A DNA stretch of 64,000 nucleotides from Patescibacteria group bacterium UBA6017 (GCA_002429485.1 DIZX01000015.1:256197-320196); one strand, 5' to 3'. Counted from the first letter of the stretch, positions 1 through 9,562 are shown. Notes: generated by a model not told the origin, from the letters alone. Translations and numbers: made by a program.

Positions 1-347
1 TGAGTCATATCGCGGAGTTTCCACGCGGAGAACTGACCGTATACGTTATTGACCTCGCCGATCAATTCTAGATCCTCCTGACTTATATCGACTGCCTCGT
101 CAGGAACCGGAAGCGGTTCGCTGCCTAGATCTCGGTAGCGATTATATAGTTCACGAACTACAGGGCCGTGTTCCCATGCAAGAATATCTTCGCTGAATAG
201 GGGCCGATCATGTACTGCTAGGGAGAAGCCCTGAGCATAGTAAACGAGTTTTTGTAGTTTCAAATTAGTCATATAGTCACCTAATTCGGGCTGACTCAAT
301 TTGAGAAAGGCATTGGCTACTGTTTGAGCTGTCATTGTAGTTTCCAT
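1..347 (-). CDS. Panacea/DUF4065-domain protein (SocA-like antitoxin domain), 5' part only. The gene runs off the left edge of the window.
   Basis: Minus-strand translation from ATG at 347..345 (alternative ATG 335..333) gives METTMTAQTVANAFLKLSQPELGDYMTNLKLQKLVYYAQGFSLAVHDRPLFSEDILAWEHGPVVRELY..., matching the DUF4065 pattern (VA-x-FL ... NLKLQKL-YYAQG ... AW-x-GPV). It is absent from the ORF track because no stop codon lies within the window. Confidence 0.7.
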   Translation of the reverse strand, partial: METTMTAQTVANAFLKLSQPELGDYMTNLKLQKLVYYAQGFSLAVHDRPLFSEDILAWEHGPVVRELYNRYRDLGSEPLPVPDEAVDISQEDLELIGEVNNVYGQFSAWKLRDMT

Positions 348-494
348 AGCGCTTGTGCTTCAAGCATAGCTTACTTTATTACGTCACGCCAATATCCTAC
401 AGAATGGAGGCCCATGCAAGCATGGGCGGTTACTCCAAACATAGTGGTGCTACGGATGGGTATTTTTGATAATATGCCAAACAAAAACCAAACA

Positions 495-1625
495 TTACCC
501 TTTAGGTTCTGTTACTTGCCCTTCGCCCGCCGCTTCATAGGCCTTGAGCGTCTGCTCGGCCATCCGCCGCCATGAAAACGCCTTCACGCGCTCCAGGCCC
601 GCCGCCCGCAACTTATCTGCCCGCGCCTTGTCCTCCAGCACCCGACCCAGCGCCGCCGCCTGATCGCCCGCATCCTTAGCATCAAAGTATTCCGCCGCCT
701 CGCCATACACTTCGGGCAGGCACGATGCCTTCGAGGCCACCACCGGCACCCCCTGCGCCATCGCTTCGAGCCCCTGCAATCCAAAGCCCTCCGACAGCGA
801 CGGGTTCACGTAGGCCGCCGCCCCGCGGTACAGCGAAATCATCTCGCCGTCGCTCACGTAGCCCACAAATTTCACCCTCTCGCTCAGCCCCAGCTGAGCC
901 GCCTCACGCTCCAATTCGGCGCTAAACGCATCGCGCTTGCCCGCCACCACCATCTTCACGTCCTCGTGCGCCTCGCCCAGCGCCACCATCGCCAGCAGCG
1001 TCGAGATCAAATTCTTATATGGGTACACATTGCCGATATAAAACACGTACCGCCCCAGCGCCCCAAATCGCTCAATCGGCGCCGGCTCGGCCACATTCGG
1101 ATCCACCGCAAGCAAAGTCGTGCGCACCTGTCCATTCTTCGCTCCGAATCGCTCTACCAGCTGATCGTGGACATAATCCGTATCCGCTAACAGCTGAGTC
1201 GCAAAGCGGGTATTATTCCAAAATACCAATCGAAACGGCAGTCGTTTCGCGCTGCGCAATAATTTCGCCAACCCTCGCCCGCGGCTAGTATCGTAATCTA
1301 CTAGCGTCAGGTCATGAATCGTCACCACCCGCCGCCCCTGGTAGAGCAGGGGAGTATTGGGTGCGGTAAAGTGCACCAGATCGACACCAAGCGCCCGCAG
1401 CTGCAAATAAAACGCCCACTGCTCACCCAGCGTATACGGATTTACACTCGCCTCCACCTTGGTGAAGTTTGGTGCGGTAGGCTCCCACAGGCCCCAATCC
1501 GCCTTGCGCATCAGCACCACGTAGGTATTCTCAGCATCAATTTGCTCCAGCTCATCCAGCAGCGCCTTGGTATAGCGCCCAATTCCGGTCCAGTACAGCA
1601 TGCGGGCGTCGATTGCGATCTTCAT
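495..1625 (-). CDS. Glycosyltransferase, family 4 (GT-B fold).
   Basis: ORF 495..1685. The likely true start is MKIAIDARM at 1625. The C-terminal motif SLSEGFGLQGLEAMAQGVPVVAS is typical of GT4/GT1 retaining transferases. Confidence 0.85.
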   Translation of the reverse strand: MKIAIDARMLYWTGIGRYTKALLDELEQIDAENTYVVLMRKADWGLWEPTAPNFTKVEASVNPYTLGEQWAFYLQLRALGVDLVHFTAPNTPLLYQGRRVVTIHDLTLVDYDTSRGRGLAKLLRSAKRLPFRLVFWNNTRFATQLLADTDYVHDQLVERFGAKNGQVRTTLLAVDPNVAEPAPIERFGALGRYVFYIGNVYPYKNLISTLLAMVALGEAHEDVKMVVAGKRDAFSAELEREAAQLGLSERVKFVGYVSDGEMISLYRGAAAYVNPSLSEGFGLQGLEAMAQGVPVVASKASCLPEVYGEAAEYFDAKDAGDQAAALGRVLEDKARADKLRAAGLERVKAFSWRRMAEQTLKAYEAAGEGQVTEPKG

Positions 1626-1678
1626 AAACGCATTATAACGGCAATATCTAACTTTTAGCTCACCAGAGCATGCATGCA

Positions 1679-1707
1679 TTGACACGCCTGCATGCCTACA
1701 CTACAAT
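1679..1707 (+). promoter_or_regulatory. Sigma70-type promoter TTGACA-N17-TACAAT, ending 6 nt before the vapB ATG. This predicts a leaderless transcript.
   Basis: TTGACA at 1679..1684, a 17-nt spacer, TACAAT at 1702..1707, and ATG at 1714 with no Shine-Dalgarno sequence. Confidence 0.55.
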
Positions 1708-1713
1708 GTATGC

Positions 1714-1977
1714 ATGAACATTAGCCAACAACTTACCATTCGCGGCGTCGATAAGACCACCAAGAAGAGCTTGGAGGCCCGTGCCCGTCAGCGCGGCCTC
1801 AGCCTCAATGCCTACAATCTTGAGCTACTACGTCGCGACGCGGGCACCAGTCCCGCCCGGCCCACCAATGGGCTCGAGCGCTTTGCCGGTCTTATGCCCT
1901 TCGACCCCATAGTTGAGGAGACGCTGGCCGATCAGCGCCGCCCCACTCCCGACAAATGGGACAATCATGGCCTATAG
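1714..1977 (+). CDS. vapB: Type II antitoxin (VapB-like, ribbon-helix-helix/AbrB-type).
   Basis: An 87-aa basic N-terminus (MNISQQLTIRGVDKTTKKSLEARARQRGLSLNAY) directly upstream of a PIN gene and overlapping it by 11 nt. Confidence 0.6.
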   Translation: MNISQQLTIRGVDKTTKKSLEARARQRGLSLNAYNLELLRRDAGTSPARPTNGLERFAGLMPFDPIVEETLADQRRPTPDKWDNHGL

Positions 1978-2368
1978 CCAATCATTCGCCATCGATACCA
2001 GCACCTTTTCACTCCTGTTGCGCGGTGATGACGACGTCAGAGACCTAGTTGGCACGGCCGAGCTCGTAGCTGTCCCGATTATTGTTGTAGCCGAGCTGCG
2101 CGCCGGCTTCCTGCATGGCCAAAAAACTGCACAGTATGGTCCCATCCTCGATGACTTTCTCTCTGATCCCCACACTATCGTTTTGCAGATCACGGACGAC
2201 ACCGTACCGGTCTACGCCGAGCTCTACGCCTACGCTCGCTCCAACGGTAAGCAATTCTCCAATAATGACCTCTGGATAGGGGCGCTCTGCATCCAGCACA
2301 GCTATCCGTTGCTTACGCACGACAAGGACTTTGATGCCCTGCCCCAGGTACGTCGCGTCCGGGGATAG
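1967..2368 (+). CDS. vapC: PIN-domain ribonuclease toxin (VapC-like).
   Basis: ORF 1913..2368. The likely start is MAYSQSFAIDTS at 1967. The acidic residues are spaced as in a PIN domain (IDTS...D...D), and the gene is translationally coupled to the upstream antitoxin. Confidence 0.7.
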   Translation: MAYSQSFAIDTSTFSLLLRGDDDVRDLVGTAELVAVPIIVVAELRAGFLHGQKTAQYGPILDDFLSDPHTIVLQITDDTVPVYAELYAYARSNGKQFSNNDLWIGALCIQHSYPLLTHDKDFDALPQVRRVRG

Positions 2369-2437
2369 CGGTCCTCCGTTTGACTTCAGATAGCAAAGAC
2401 GGCAAAATCGATAAGGTAAAGAGGTTGTGAATTACAC

Positions 2438-3451
2438 ATGGCAAACACGCAGAAACGCGCCCTCATCACGGGCATCACCGGTCAAGATGGAATGTATCTC
2501 GCTGAGTTACTCCACGAGAAAGATTATCAAGTTTATGGACTAATTCGGGGTCAGCACAACCCCAAGCGGCACATCCTTGAGCAGCACTTCCCTTGGGTTG
2601 AGCTTCTCGAAGGCGACCTGTCCGATATGGGTTCGCTCATCGCCGCTCTCGAAGTCTCTCAGCCCGACGAGGTCTACAACCTCGGGGCCATCAGCTTCGT
2701 CGCCCTATCATTCAAGCAACCTGAGCTCACCGGCAACATTACTGGTCTCGGAGCTCTGCGCCTGCTCGAGGCCATTCGCGTGGTCGATGGTGGTAAGGGC
2801 AAGATGCGCTATTACCAGGCTTCCACCAGCGAACTTTACGGCAAAGTTCGTGAAACTCCTCAAAATGAGCTCACCCCCTTCCACCCGCGCAGCCCCTACG
2901 GCGTCGCTAAGGGCTACGCTCACTTCATGACCGTCAACTACCGTGAGAGCTACGGCATCCACGCCTCTTGCGGCATTCTCTTCAACCACGAATCTCCCCG
3001 CCGTGGCTATGAATTTGTCACCCGCAAGGTCACTAGCTCTGTAGCTCGCATCAAGCTCGGCCTCCAAAAGGAGCTCGTACTCGGCAATATCGACTCCCAG
3101 CGCGATTGGGGCTTTGCCGGCGACTACGTCGAAGGTATGTGGCGCATGCTCCAGCAGGACGAGCCCGATGACTACGTGCTAGCTACCGGTGTCACTCACC
3201 CCATCAGCGAACTCCTCGACCTCTCCTTCGCCGAAGTCGGCATCACCGACTGGAAGCCCTACGTGAAGCAAGACCCGCGCTTTATGCGCCCGGCCGAAGT
3301 CGACCTGCTTCTGGGCGACCCGAGCAAAGCCAAAACCAAACTAGGCTGGGAGCCTAAAGTTAAGTTCCCCGAGCTAGTAAAGATGATGGTCGCAAACGAC
3401 CTCGAAATCGAAGGCAAAAAAGAGCTCGGCTCCGCAAACTCTGGCGCTTAG
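2438..3451 (+). CDS. gmd: GDP-mannose 4,6-dehydratase.
   Basis: [38 protein letters not shown]... has the Gmd N-terminus and a Y-x3-K SDR core. The length is 337 aa. Confidence 0.95.
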   Translation: MANTQKRALITGITGQDGMYLAELLHEKDYQVYGLIRGQHNPKRHILEQHFPWVELLEGDLSDMGSLIAALEVSQPDEVYNLGAISFVALSFKQPELTGNITGLGALRLLEAIRVVDGGKGKMRYYQASTSELYGKVRETPQNELTPFHPRSPYGVAKGYAHFMTVNYRESYGIHASCGILFNHESPRRGYEFVTRKVTSSVARIKLGLQKELVLGNIDSQRDWGFAGDYVEGMWRMLQQDEPDDYVLATGVTHPISELLDLSFAEVGITDWKPYVKQDPRFMRPAEVDLLLGDPSKAKTKLGWEPKVKFPELVKMMVANDLEIEGKKELGSANSGA

Positions 3452-3456
3452 GCGAT

Positions 3457-5874
3457 ATGTCGGGCGTAGAGAATCACGAACCTGGTGGTGGCTCCGACGA
3501 CCACGGCCACTTCCCGAATGTCGACGACCTAACAAACCAGGAAATTGCAGAGATCCCGGAGACAGACCGGGCCGACATCCGTACCCCTGAATTTGATGCC
3601 GGTTCTGTTGTTATAACCGCTTTGTCTGACTCTCCCGAAGGGTTCGAAGTTGCGACACACCAAAGTATCGGCAGAACGTCATCCATCGATGGTCCGTTGG
3701 AGCTAAACCCCGACCAACGCGCCAGGTTGGCGGCTGCCTATCAAGGAATGCCGAAATATACGGCCTTGCAAAATTCAGAGCGTGCTCGCAGCGCTCTGAA
3801 TTCGGCTATTCAATCTGGTGCACCCGATGCAGAAATTGACCAACTTCAGTCGGACTTCGACCGCGCCACCTCGGATCGAAGATCAACTCCGGTTGAGGGC
3901 GAGATAAAGTTTAACGGCGGAGATAGCGTAGAAGATGCCAAGAGCGTCGTTCGTGGTTTTGAGGCTGCTCTAGATGCCCGAAGGGCTCTTGGTGGGCAAG
4001 AAGTAGCAGACGAACCCACTCCGGCTCAGCTAGAAACTGATCTCGAACAAGCGACTGCAAATCTCGAGGCTCTCCAATCCGCATATAAGCAACGCGGCAA
4101 AAAAATTGGTATCCGAAACATCTCAGTAACCGACAACACTATTACCGCCGACGTCCTGTCGGTTCCATTCCCGGTATACAGCGAGCTCTCTAAACCTGAG
4201 AATTCTCAAGATATTCTTGATTTGAGTCGGACGTTGGGTGCGGCCATGATCCTTCACACGGCTGATGATAGGTTTATTATTCAGCATCGGGCGGTCGCCA
4301 CGCAGCGACTTCATGAGCCAAGTATGACGCGCGGCAATGCTAGTTACACCGACATTCCGGGCGCGAGTGCAGCCGGTTGGGTTGATTCGACCATGGCTCA
4401 ATCCAATCGCGAACCGGGCACCCCCGACCCCATCGACACCACATCTATAAAGGGCTTAATTTACAAAGAGGCCGGCGAGGAGCTGGGGCTAAGTCCGGAG
4501 CAGCTTGAGCAAATACGAATAGTTGGGCTCGCCGAGGACAAAGTTAAGCCCCATGACGAGTTCCTGCTCATTGGTTTCTCAAACTTGACCGCCGAACGGG
4601 TACGGGAAGCTTCGAGAACCTCAACCCGAAATAAAAACCTTGGCGACGCCGATTTTGAAGAAAAGTTCTTCGATATTGAAGCCTCCCCCCGGGCTGTCGA
4701 AATATTGGCGGCTCAGGTGCAGTGCCCGCTACCCCCTACTCATGCGGCAGCGTTGGTTGCCGCCGGCTATTCTCTGGAAGTCCAAGAGCACGGGGTCGAG
4801 GCAGCTGAGGAGTGGAAACGGCGAGTTGAGGCTCAGATGCAGGCAAATTATCGTCTAATGGACGAAATGGTCTCTACGTACTACGCCAAACATCCGGAAA
4901 GCCACAATCAAGTTCCTGAGCGTTTCTGGGGCAAATCAGTGCCGAGCAGAAACGTCAACGGATACGACCCCTCTTATACACCGAACGAGCAGGGGCTACC
5001 GAGTCTCATTGATGAGATGGTACGCACGGGGTTAGTCCAGGAGCGTCGTCAGCTCGTAGATAGCGCACTCATCTTTGATGTTGACGGTGTATTAACAAGT
5101 CCTGAGACCAATGAAATGCCGCCTGCGCTAATCCTGGAGATTTCCGAAAAGCTACAGCAGGGGATACCGATTGGCTTAAATACCGGTCGCTCAACTGGGT
5201 GGGTCAAAGAGCACGTGATCGAACGGCTTCTAACCAATAACGAAGACCGGATGTTGCTTTCAAATCTCGTTGTAATCGGCGAAAAAGGTGGAACGTGGAC
5301 GCACTTTGACGACAAAGGGAATGAGAAAGATGGGAGTGTTAAGTCGATTTCCATGCCCGAAGAGCTAAAAGATCGGGTGAAGAGCCTCATCGAAGAAAAA
5401 TACTCGGATTGCATGTTCATAGATGAGACTAAGCAAACTATGTTGACCGTCGAGATGCGTCCAGGCTTCAACTTGGCCGAGTTCACCCGCCGCCAGGCTC
5501 AAATTGTTCCTGAGCTCGCTGCGATACTCTCTGACGCCGGTCAAACCGACACGTACAATGTGGACGCTACTACCATCGCCACAGATATAGAGAGTTCCCA
5601 TGTCTCAAAGGCCCTCGGCGCACAAAGGTTCTTGCAGTGGCTCGATGACCTAGAGGTTAACCCCGGTGAATTTGAGGCCGTTGGCGACAGTCTCTCCGAC
5701 CTCGCCATGGCCGACGAGTTAGATCGAAGAGGTAAAAAAGTTAAGTTTGTTTTTGTTGGCGATCCCACTAAATTCGAGGGAGTTAGCAGGCAATATGACA
5801 TCGAAACCCACCAAGGCTTCGACAGGGGAACTCTTGCATACCTGGATAGGTTAGACGGTCATTCTGCGAAATAA
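3457..5874 (+). CDS. 805-aa multidomain protein. The N-terminus is acidic with a coiled coil, the central segment is Nudix-like, and the C-terminus is a HAD-superfamily phosphatase domain.
   Basis: HAD motif I is IFDVDGVLT, motif II is LNTGRS, and motif IV is VGDSLSDLAMADE. The central KEAGEELGL resembles the Nudix REUxEExGU core, but the flanking Nudix positions are not conserved. The ORF begins 6 nt after the gmd stop. Confidence 0.5.
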   Translation: MSGVENHEPGGGSDDHGHFPNVDDLTNQEIAEIPETDRADIRTPEFDAGSVVITALSDSPEGFEVATHQSIGRTSSIDGPLELNPDQRARLAAAYQGMPKYTALQNSERARSALNSAIQSGAPDAEIDQLQSDFDRATSDRRSTPVEGEIKFNGGDSVEDAKSVVRGFEAALDARRALGGQEVADEPTPAQLETDLEQATANLEALQSAYKQRGKKIGIRNISVTDNTITADVLSVPFPVYSELSKPENSQDILDLSRTLGAAMILHTADDRFIIQHRAVATQRLHEPSMTRGNASYTDIPGASAAGWVDSTMAQSNREPGTPDPIDTTSIKGLIYKEAGEELGLSPEQLEQIRIVGLAEDKVKPHDEFLLIGFSNLTAERVREASRTSTRNKNLGDADFEEKFFDIEASPRAVEILAAQVQCPLPPTHAAALVAAGYSLEVQEHGVEAAEEWKRRVEAQMQANYRLMDEMVSTYYAKHPESHNQVPERFWGKSVPSRNVNGYDPSYTPNEQGLPSLIDEMVRTGLVQERRQLVDSALIFDVDGVLTSPETNEMPPALILEISEKLQQGIPIGLNTGRSTGWVKEHVIERLLTNNEDRMLLSNLVVIGEKGGTWTHFDDKGNEKDGSVKSISMPEELKDRVKSLIEEKYSDCMFIDETKQTMLTVEMRPGFNLAEFTRRQAQIVPELAAILSDAGQTDTYNVDATTIATDIESSHVSKALGAQRFLQWLDDLEVNPGEFEAVGDSLSDLAMADELDRRGKKVKFVFVGDPTKFEGVSRQYDIETHQGFDRGTLAYLDRLDGHSAK

Positions 5875-5920
5875 TGGTTTCATCCCGCACCCGATGAGTA
5901 AAGGTGCCTATTTTCGACCC

Positions 5921-5971
5921 AAAAAACTCCATAAAAAGGCAAAACACCCCGCCGACAAGTAGTCGGCGGGG
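5921..5971 (-). terminator. Intrinsic terminator for the minus-strand cupin/rmd-like operon.
   Basis: A hairpin CCCCGCCGAC-aagta-GTCGGCGGGG at 5947..5971 is followed on the minus strand by a U-rich tract (plus-strand A-tract 5921..5946). Confidence 0.5.
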
Positions 5972-6000
5972 CTGCGAGCGTGTTGCTCGCGGGGTTGGGC

Positions 6001-6402
6001 TCATACACGGACGAGTTTCCAGGTGTGGGTCCCCAGGTCCTCGTACGAGCAGCTCGTGGATGCCACGAGGGTGAACGGTCCATCCACCGGGGTGAACGTG
6101 TGTGCAACCCCTCGCGGGATCTGCACTGCGGCCGGTGCGACGAGTAGCGTCTGATTCACGAGGTGTGAGCCTTCCCAGACGTCCTGCGTGAACAGAATCG
6201 CCTCACCATCGACGAGCGTGAAGTGTTCGTCTCCGTCGTGGTAGTGGTTCCCCAGCGGGTCAGCGTTGGCGTTGGCCTTGATGACTGTCGTTCGCACGAC
6301 GCTTCCGTCTTCCGCCGTGATCGTGGATTCGTGAATCGATCGACGATCATCTTCGTGGACCAGGGGCATTTCGGCGTCCAGCACAACATAGAACATGTTC
6401 AT
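6001..6402 (-). CDS. Cupin-fold protein, probably a sugar-nucleotide 3,4-ketoisomerase or epimerase-like (FdtA/WxcM type).
   Basis: A 133-aa protein with the cupin metal motif HYHDGDEHFTLVDGEA...H, located between an SDR sugar reductase and gmd. Confidence 0.45.
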   Translation of the reverse strand: MNMFYVVLDAEMPLVHEDDRRSIHESTITAEDGSVVRTTVIKANANADPLGNHYHDGDEHFTLVDGEAILFTQDVWEGSHLVNQTLLVAPAAVQIPRGVAHTFTPVDGPFTLVASTSCSYEDLGTHTWKLVRV

Positions 6403-6500
6403 CTCATTTCACTTGTCGGCAAGGTTGCCGTACGGGTGTCGCTGATGACGCGTACTATTATACCCTATAATACTTATGTTTGTCAAGAGCCAGAACTGCT

Positions 6501-7430
6501 CTAGCCCTCAACCCTCGCCCGCCAATCCTCCAGCGCCTCGCCCAGCGTCTGTTCCAAGGCAATCCCAGGCTCCCAGCCCGTATCCGCCTTTAGCTTCCCG
6601 TAGTCGCCATAAATCTCCGGCGCATCCACCGGCCTTACCTTGGATTCATCCACCACCGGCTTCAAATCGGAGTTCTTGGCATGCGCCAACAGACCCGCTA
6701 GGATATCGTTTCCGCTCGCCGAGCGTCCCGAGCAAATGTTGTAGGTCTCCCCGTTCTTGCCCTTCTCCAGTAGCGCTATATAGGCTCGTACGATATCTCG
6801 CACGTCGGTGTAGTCCCGCCGAGCGGACAAATTACCCACCGCAATCGTCGTCGCTCCCGACTTTCCGGCCTCGGCCACCTGTTTTGCCAGGTCGGCCACT
6901 ATAAATCCTTCGTTCTGCCCCGGCCCAATGTGGTTAAACGGCCGGGCGATCACATACTCAAACCCCCGTACCCCGTAGTATCCGGCCAGCTCTTCCTGCA
7001 AGCGCTTGCTCACGGAATACGGCGACGCGCACTTCACCCGCGAAGTCTCGGTGAGCGGCAATGGGGAAGTGGGGTCATACAAACTGCCGCTGCTCACAAT
7101 TACAAACCGCGGCTTCGCCCCCTGCGCCACCGCTGCCTCAAATAAGTTCAATTCAATCCCGCCATTCACCTCGATGTAATGCATCGGCGCATCAAACGAC
7201 GGCCCCACCGCCGCCAACCCCGCCAAATGCACCACCCCGTCGATCTGAGTGAAGTCGAGCGTGTCCACCTGGGCCCGGTCTGTGAGATCGAGGCTGGCAA
7301 ACGTCAGCCCTTCGGGTAATTCGCTCTTCCCCTTGCTCCCCGTAGCCATCACTTGATGCCCAGCTTCCAGCAGAGCACTCAATAAATGCGGCCCCACAAA
7401 TCCATTCGCGCCCGTAACTAATACTTTCAT
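6501..7430 (-). CDS. NAD(P)-dependent epimerase/dehydratase family. It may be a GDP-4-keto-6-deoxy-D-mannose reductase (Rmd-like).
   Basis: MKVLVTGANGFVGPHLL has a Rossmann GxxGxxG, the catalytic YSVSK (Y-x3-K) is present, the length is 309 aa, and the gene sits in the same locus as gmd. Confidence 0.65.
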   Translation of the reverse strand: MKVLVTGANGFVGPHLLSALLEAGHQVMATGSKGKSELPEGLTFASLDLTDRAQVDTLDFTQIDGVVHLAGLAAVGPSFDAPMHYIEVNGGIELNLFEAAVAQGAKPRFVIVSSGSLYDPTSPLPLTETSRVKCASPYSVSKRLQEELAGYYGVRGFEYVIARPFNHIGPGQNEGFIVADLAKQVAEAGKSGATTIAVGNLSARRDYTDVRDIVRAYIALLEKGKNGETYNICSGRSASGNDILAGLLAHAKNSDLKPVVDESKVRPVDAPEIYGDYGKLKADTGWEPGIALEQTLGEALEDWRARVEG

Positions 7431-7558
7431 TCGTGCTCCAGATCCGTTTAGGTGTGATAAATCCTATGGTATGAGATATCATAAGAACAGTCTACCCGTG
7501 AGGTGGGCAAGAACCCAGCTCGTAACCAAGATAAATCCGTAAAGGTATACTTCCGCTT

Positions 7559-8362
7559 GTGAAACAATTCTTTAGCAATCTAGCCAATCGATATCGCTAC
7601 TCCCTGATCCTGCTTCGGCAGCTGGTTATTACCGACTTCAAGCTTCGGTACCAAGGCTCAGTACTTGGCTATGTTTGGTCGCTGCTCAAGCCCCTCGCCC
7701 TTTTTTCAATTTTGTACGTCGTCTTCGTCAGATTTCTAAGGTTTGGCGTCAAACCGGTGCCCTTGTTCCTAGGCATTGTGCTTTGGACCTATTTCGCCGA
7801 AGTCACTATGCAGGGTATCAACTCAATCGTGGGTCGCGGCGACCTTTTACGAAAGCTTAACTTTCCCCGCTACGTCATAGTTCTTTCTACCGCCTTTTCA
7901 GCATTGATCAACTTATTCCTCAATATGATTGTGGTAGGAGTCTTCATGGTCTTCACACATACTGCCCTTCGCACAGAAGCCCTTCTGCTGCCGATATTGA
8001 TAGTTGAACTCTTCGTTCTCGCAGTATCGCTGGCATTTTACCTGAGCGCGCTATTCGTTCGCTTCCGGGACCTCAGTCATATCTGGGAGTTAGTTTTGCA
8101 GGCAGCCTTCTATGCGACACCTATTATGTATAGCCTGAATTATGTTCCCGCCAAATATGCCAAATTCCTAATCCTTAACCCCTTGGCCCAAATCATCCAA
8201 GATTCCCGGTATGTCCTCCTCGATCCAAGCTCTCAGACCATTACTAGCTTCTACTCCAACCCCGCCATTCGATTGGTTCCGATTGGTCTTGTCGCAACAT
8301 TCGCTGTAATTTCAGTTATGTATTTCCGCCGTCGGTCACGCTTCTTTGCGGAGGAGGTTTAA
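7559..8362 (+). CDS. wzm: ABC-2 type polysaccharide exporter permease (Wzm/KpsM/TagG family).
   Basis: 267 aa and 6 predicted TM segments. The typical ABC-2 N-terminal amphipathic region is present, and the gene lies immediately upstream of the ATPase. Confidence 0.85.
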   Translation: MKQFFSNLANRYRYSLILLRQLVITDFKLRYQGSVLGYVWSLLKPLALFSILYVVFVRFLRFGVKPVPLFLGIVLWTYFAEVTMQGINSIVGRGDLLRKLNFPRYVIVLSTAFSALINLFLNMIVVGVFMVFTHTALRTEALLLPILIVELFVLAVSLAFYLSALFVRFRDLSHIWELVLQAAFYATPIMYSLNYVPAKYAKFLILNPLAQIIQDSRYVLLDPSSQTITSFYSNPAIRLVPIGLVATFAVISVMYFRRRSRFFAEEV

Positions 8363-8365
8363 GTT

Positions 8366-9562
8366 ATGGGCGCAAAAAGTAACGACATCGCAATTAGCGT
8401 AAATAATGTTTCAAAGAACTTCGTGCTGCCACACGAACGCATTGATACCATCAAAAGCACCTTCGTCCAGATGTTTGGCAGTAGCAACCGGGAGGTCGAG
8501 GTCCAGCACGCGCTTCGCAACATCAGCTTCGAAGTCAAAAAGGGGGAGTTCTTCGGTATCGTCGGGCGGAATGGCTCAGGTAAGAGTACTCTGCTCAAAA
8601 TATTGGCCGGGATATACCAACCATCCCACGGCAAAGTAGATGTGGTCGGAAAACTCGTACCCATCATTGAGCTGGGGGTCGGCTTTAATGGTGAACTTAC
8701 TGGTCGCGAGAATGTCTATCTCAACGGTGCTCTTTTAGGTTTTTCCCGAAAAGAGATGGAAGGCATGTATGCCGATATTGTCGAATTTGCCGAACTTGAA
8801 GAGTTTATGGATCAGAAATTGAAAAACTACTCCTCGGGCATGCAGGTCCGTTTGGCGTTTTCACTGGCTACTCGTGCCCAGGCCGACATTCTCCTCGTCG
8901 ACGAAGTCCTGGCTGTCGGCGATGCCGATTTCCAGCGTAAGTGCTTCGACTACTTTAAAAAGCTCAAAAAAGCTGGCAAGACGGTCGTATTCGTAACCCA
9001 CGATATGAGTGCAGTTCGCGAGTATTGCGGTCGGGCCATTTTGATCGATGACAGCCGTATTGAGGCCAGTGGAACTGCCGAAGAGATCGCCTCTGCCTAT
9101 ACCCGGCTGTTTACCCATAAAGTATCTGGAGTGAGTGGCTCTCAGTCGGATATGCGCTGGGGTGATGGCCAAATTAAGTACACCAAAGTGACTGCTTCAG
9201 TCGATGATGCCAGCAATCAGATCATTATAGATACCACCGTTAAAGCGATGGCCGATGTACACGAGCCGATTTTTGGATTTGCCATCAAGACTGGCGCCGG
9301 CGTAAATATCTTAGGGACTAACACCAAACTCAAGAAGATGTCTGCTAAGTCGATGCGAAAAGGCGAGACAGTTCGGCATATTTGGCGCTTAGATAATATC
9401 CTTGGGGATGGGACATTCTCGGTTTCCGCTGCAGTTGTTGCGGATGATAATGTGACAGTCCACGATTGGTGGGAAGATGCCAGTACGCTGACGATATTTA
9501 GGCCTGAGCACACCCCCTACGAAATCGAGCCCGACATATCCGTTGAGCGAAGTGATGGGTAG
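8366..9562 (+). CDS. wzt: ABC exporter ATP-binding protein Wzt with a C-terminal carbohydrate-binding extension.
   Basis: Walker A is GRNGSGKST, the signature is YSSGMQVRLAF, and Walker B is ILLVDE. About 150 aa beyond the nucleotide-binding domain is consistent with the Wzt C-terminal glycan-binding domain. Confidence 0.9.
   Translation: MGAKSNDIAISVNNVSKNFVLPHERIDTIKSTFVQMFGSSNREVEVQHALRNISFEVKKGEFFGIVGRNGSGKSTLLKILAGIYQPSHGKVDVVGKLVPIIELGVGFNGELTGRENVYLNGALLGFSRKEMEGMYADIVEFAELEEFMDQKLKNYSSGMQVRLAFSLATRAQADILLVDEVLAVGDADFQRKCFDYFKKLKKAGKTVVFVTHDMSAVREYCGRAILIDDSRIEASGTAEEIASAYTRLFTHKVSGVSGSQSDMRWGDGQIKYTKVTASVDDASNQIIIDTTVKAMADVHEPIFGFAIKTGAGVNILGTNTKLKKMSAKSMRKGETVRHIWRLDNILGDGTFSVSAAVVADDNVTVHDWWEDASTLTIFRPEHTPYEIEPDISVERSDG

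Noticed and set aside
324-575. Plus-strand 83-aa ORF (TTG start) in the intergenic region between the Panacea gene and the GT4 gene.
   Set aside because: It overlaps the better-supported minus-strand Panacea N-terminus (VANAFL...NLKLQKLVYYAQG). It has no ribosome-binding site, and the protein is Cys/His-rich low complexity.
7431-7558. Near-palindrome TATGAGATATCATA in the divergent rmd-like/wzm promoter region, considered as a possible operator.
   Set aside because: The palindrome is imperfect and single-copy, and it contains a GATATC site. The evidence is insufficient to call it a binding site.
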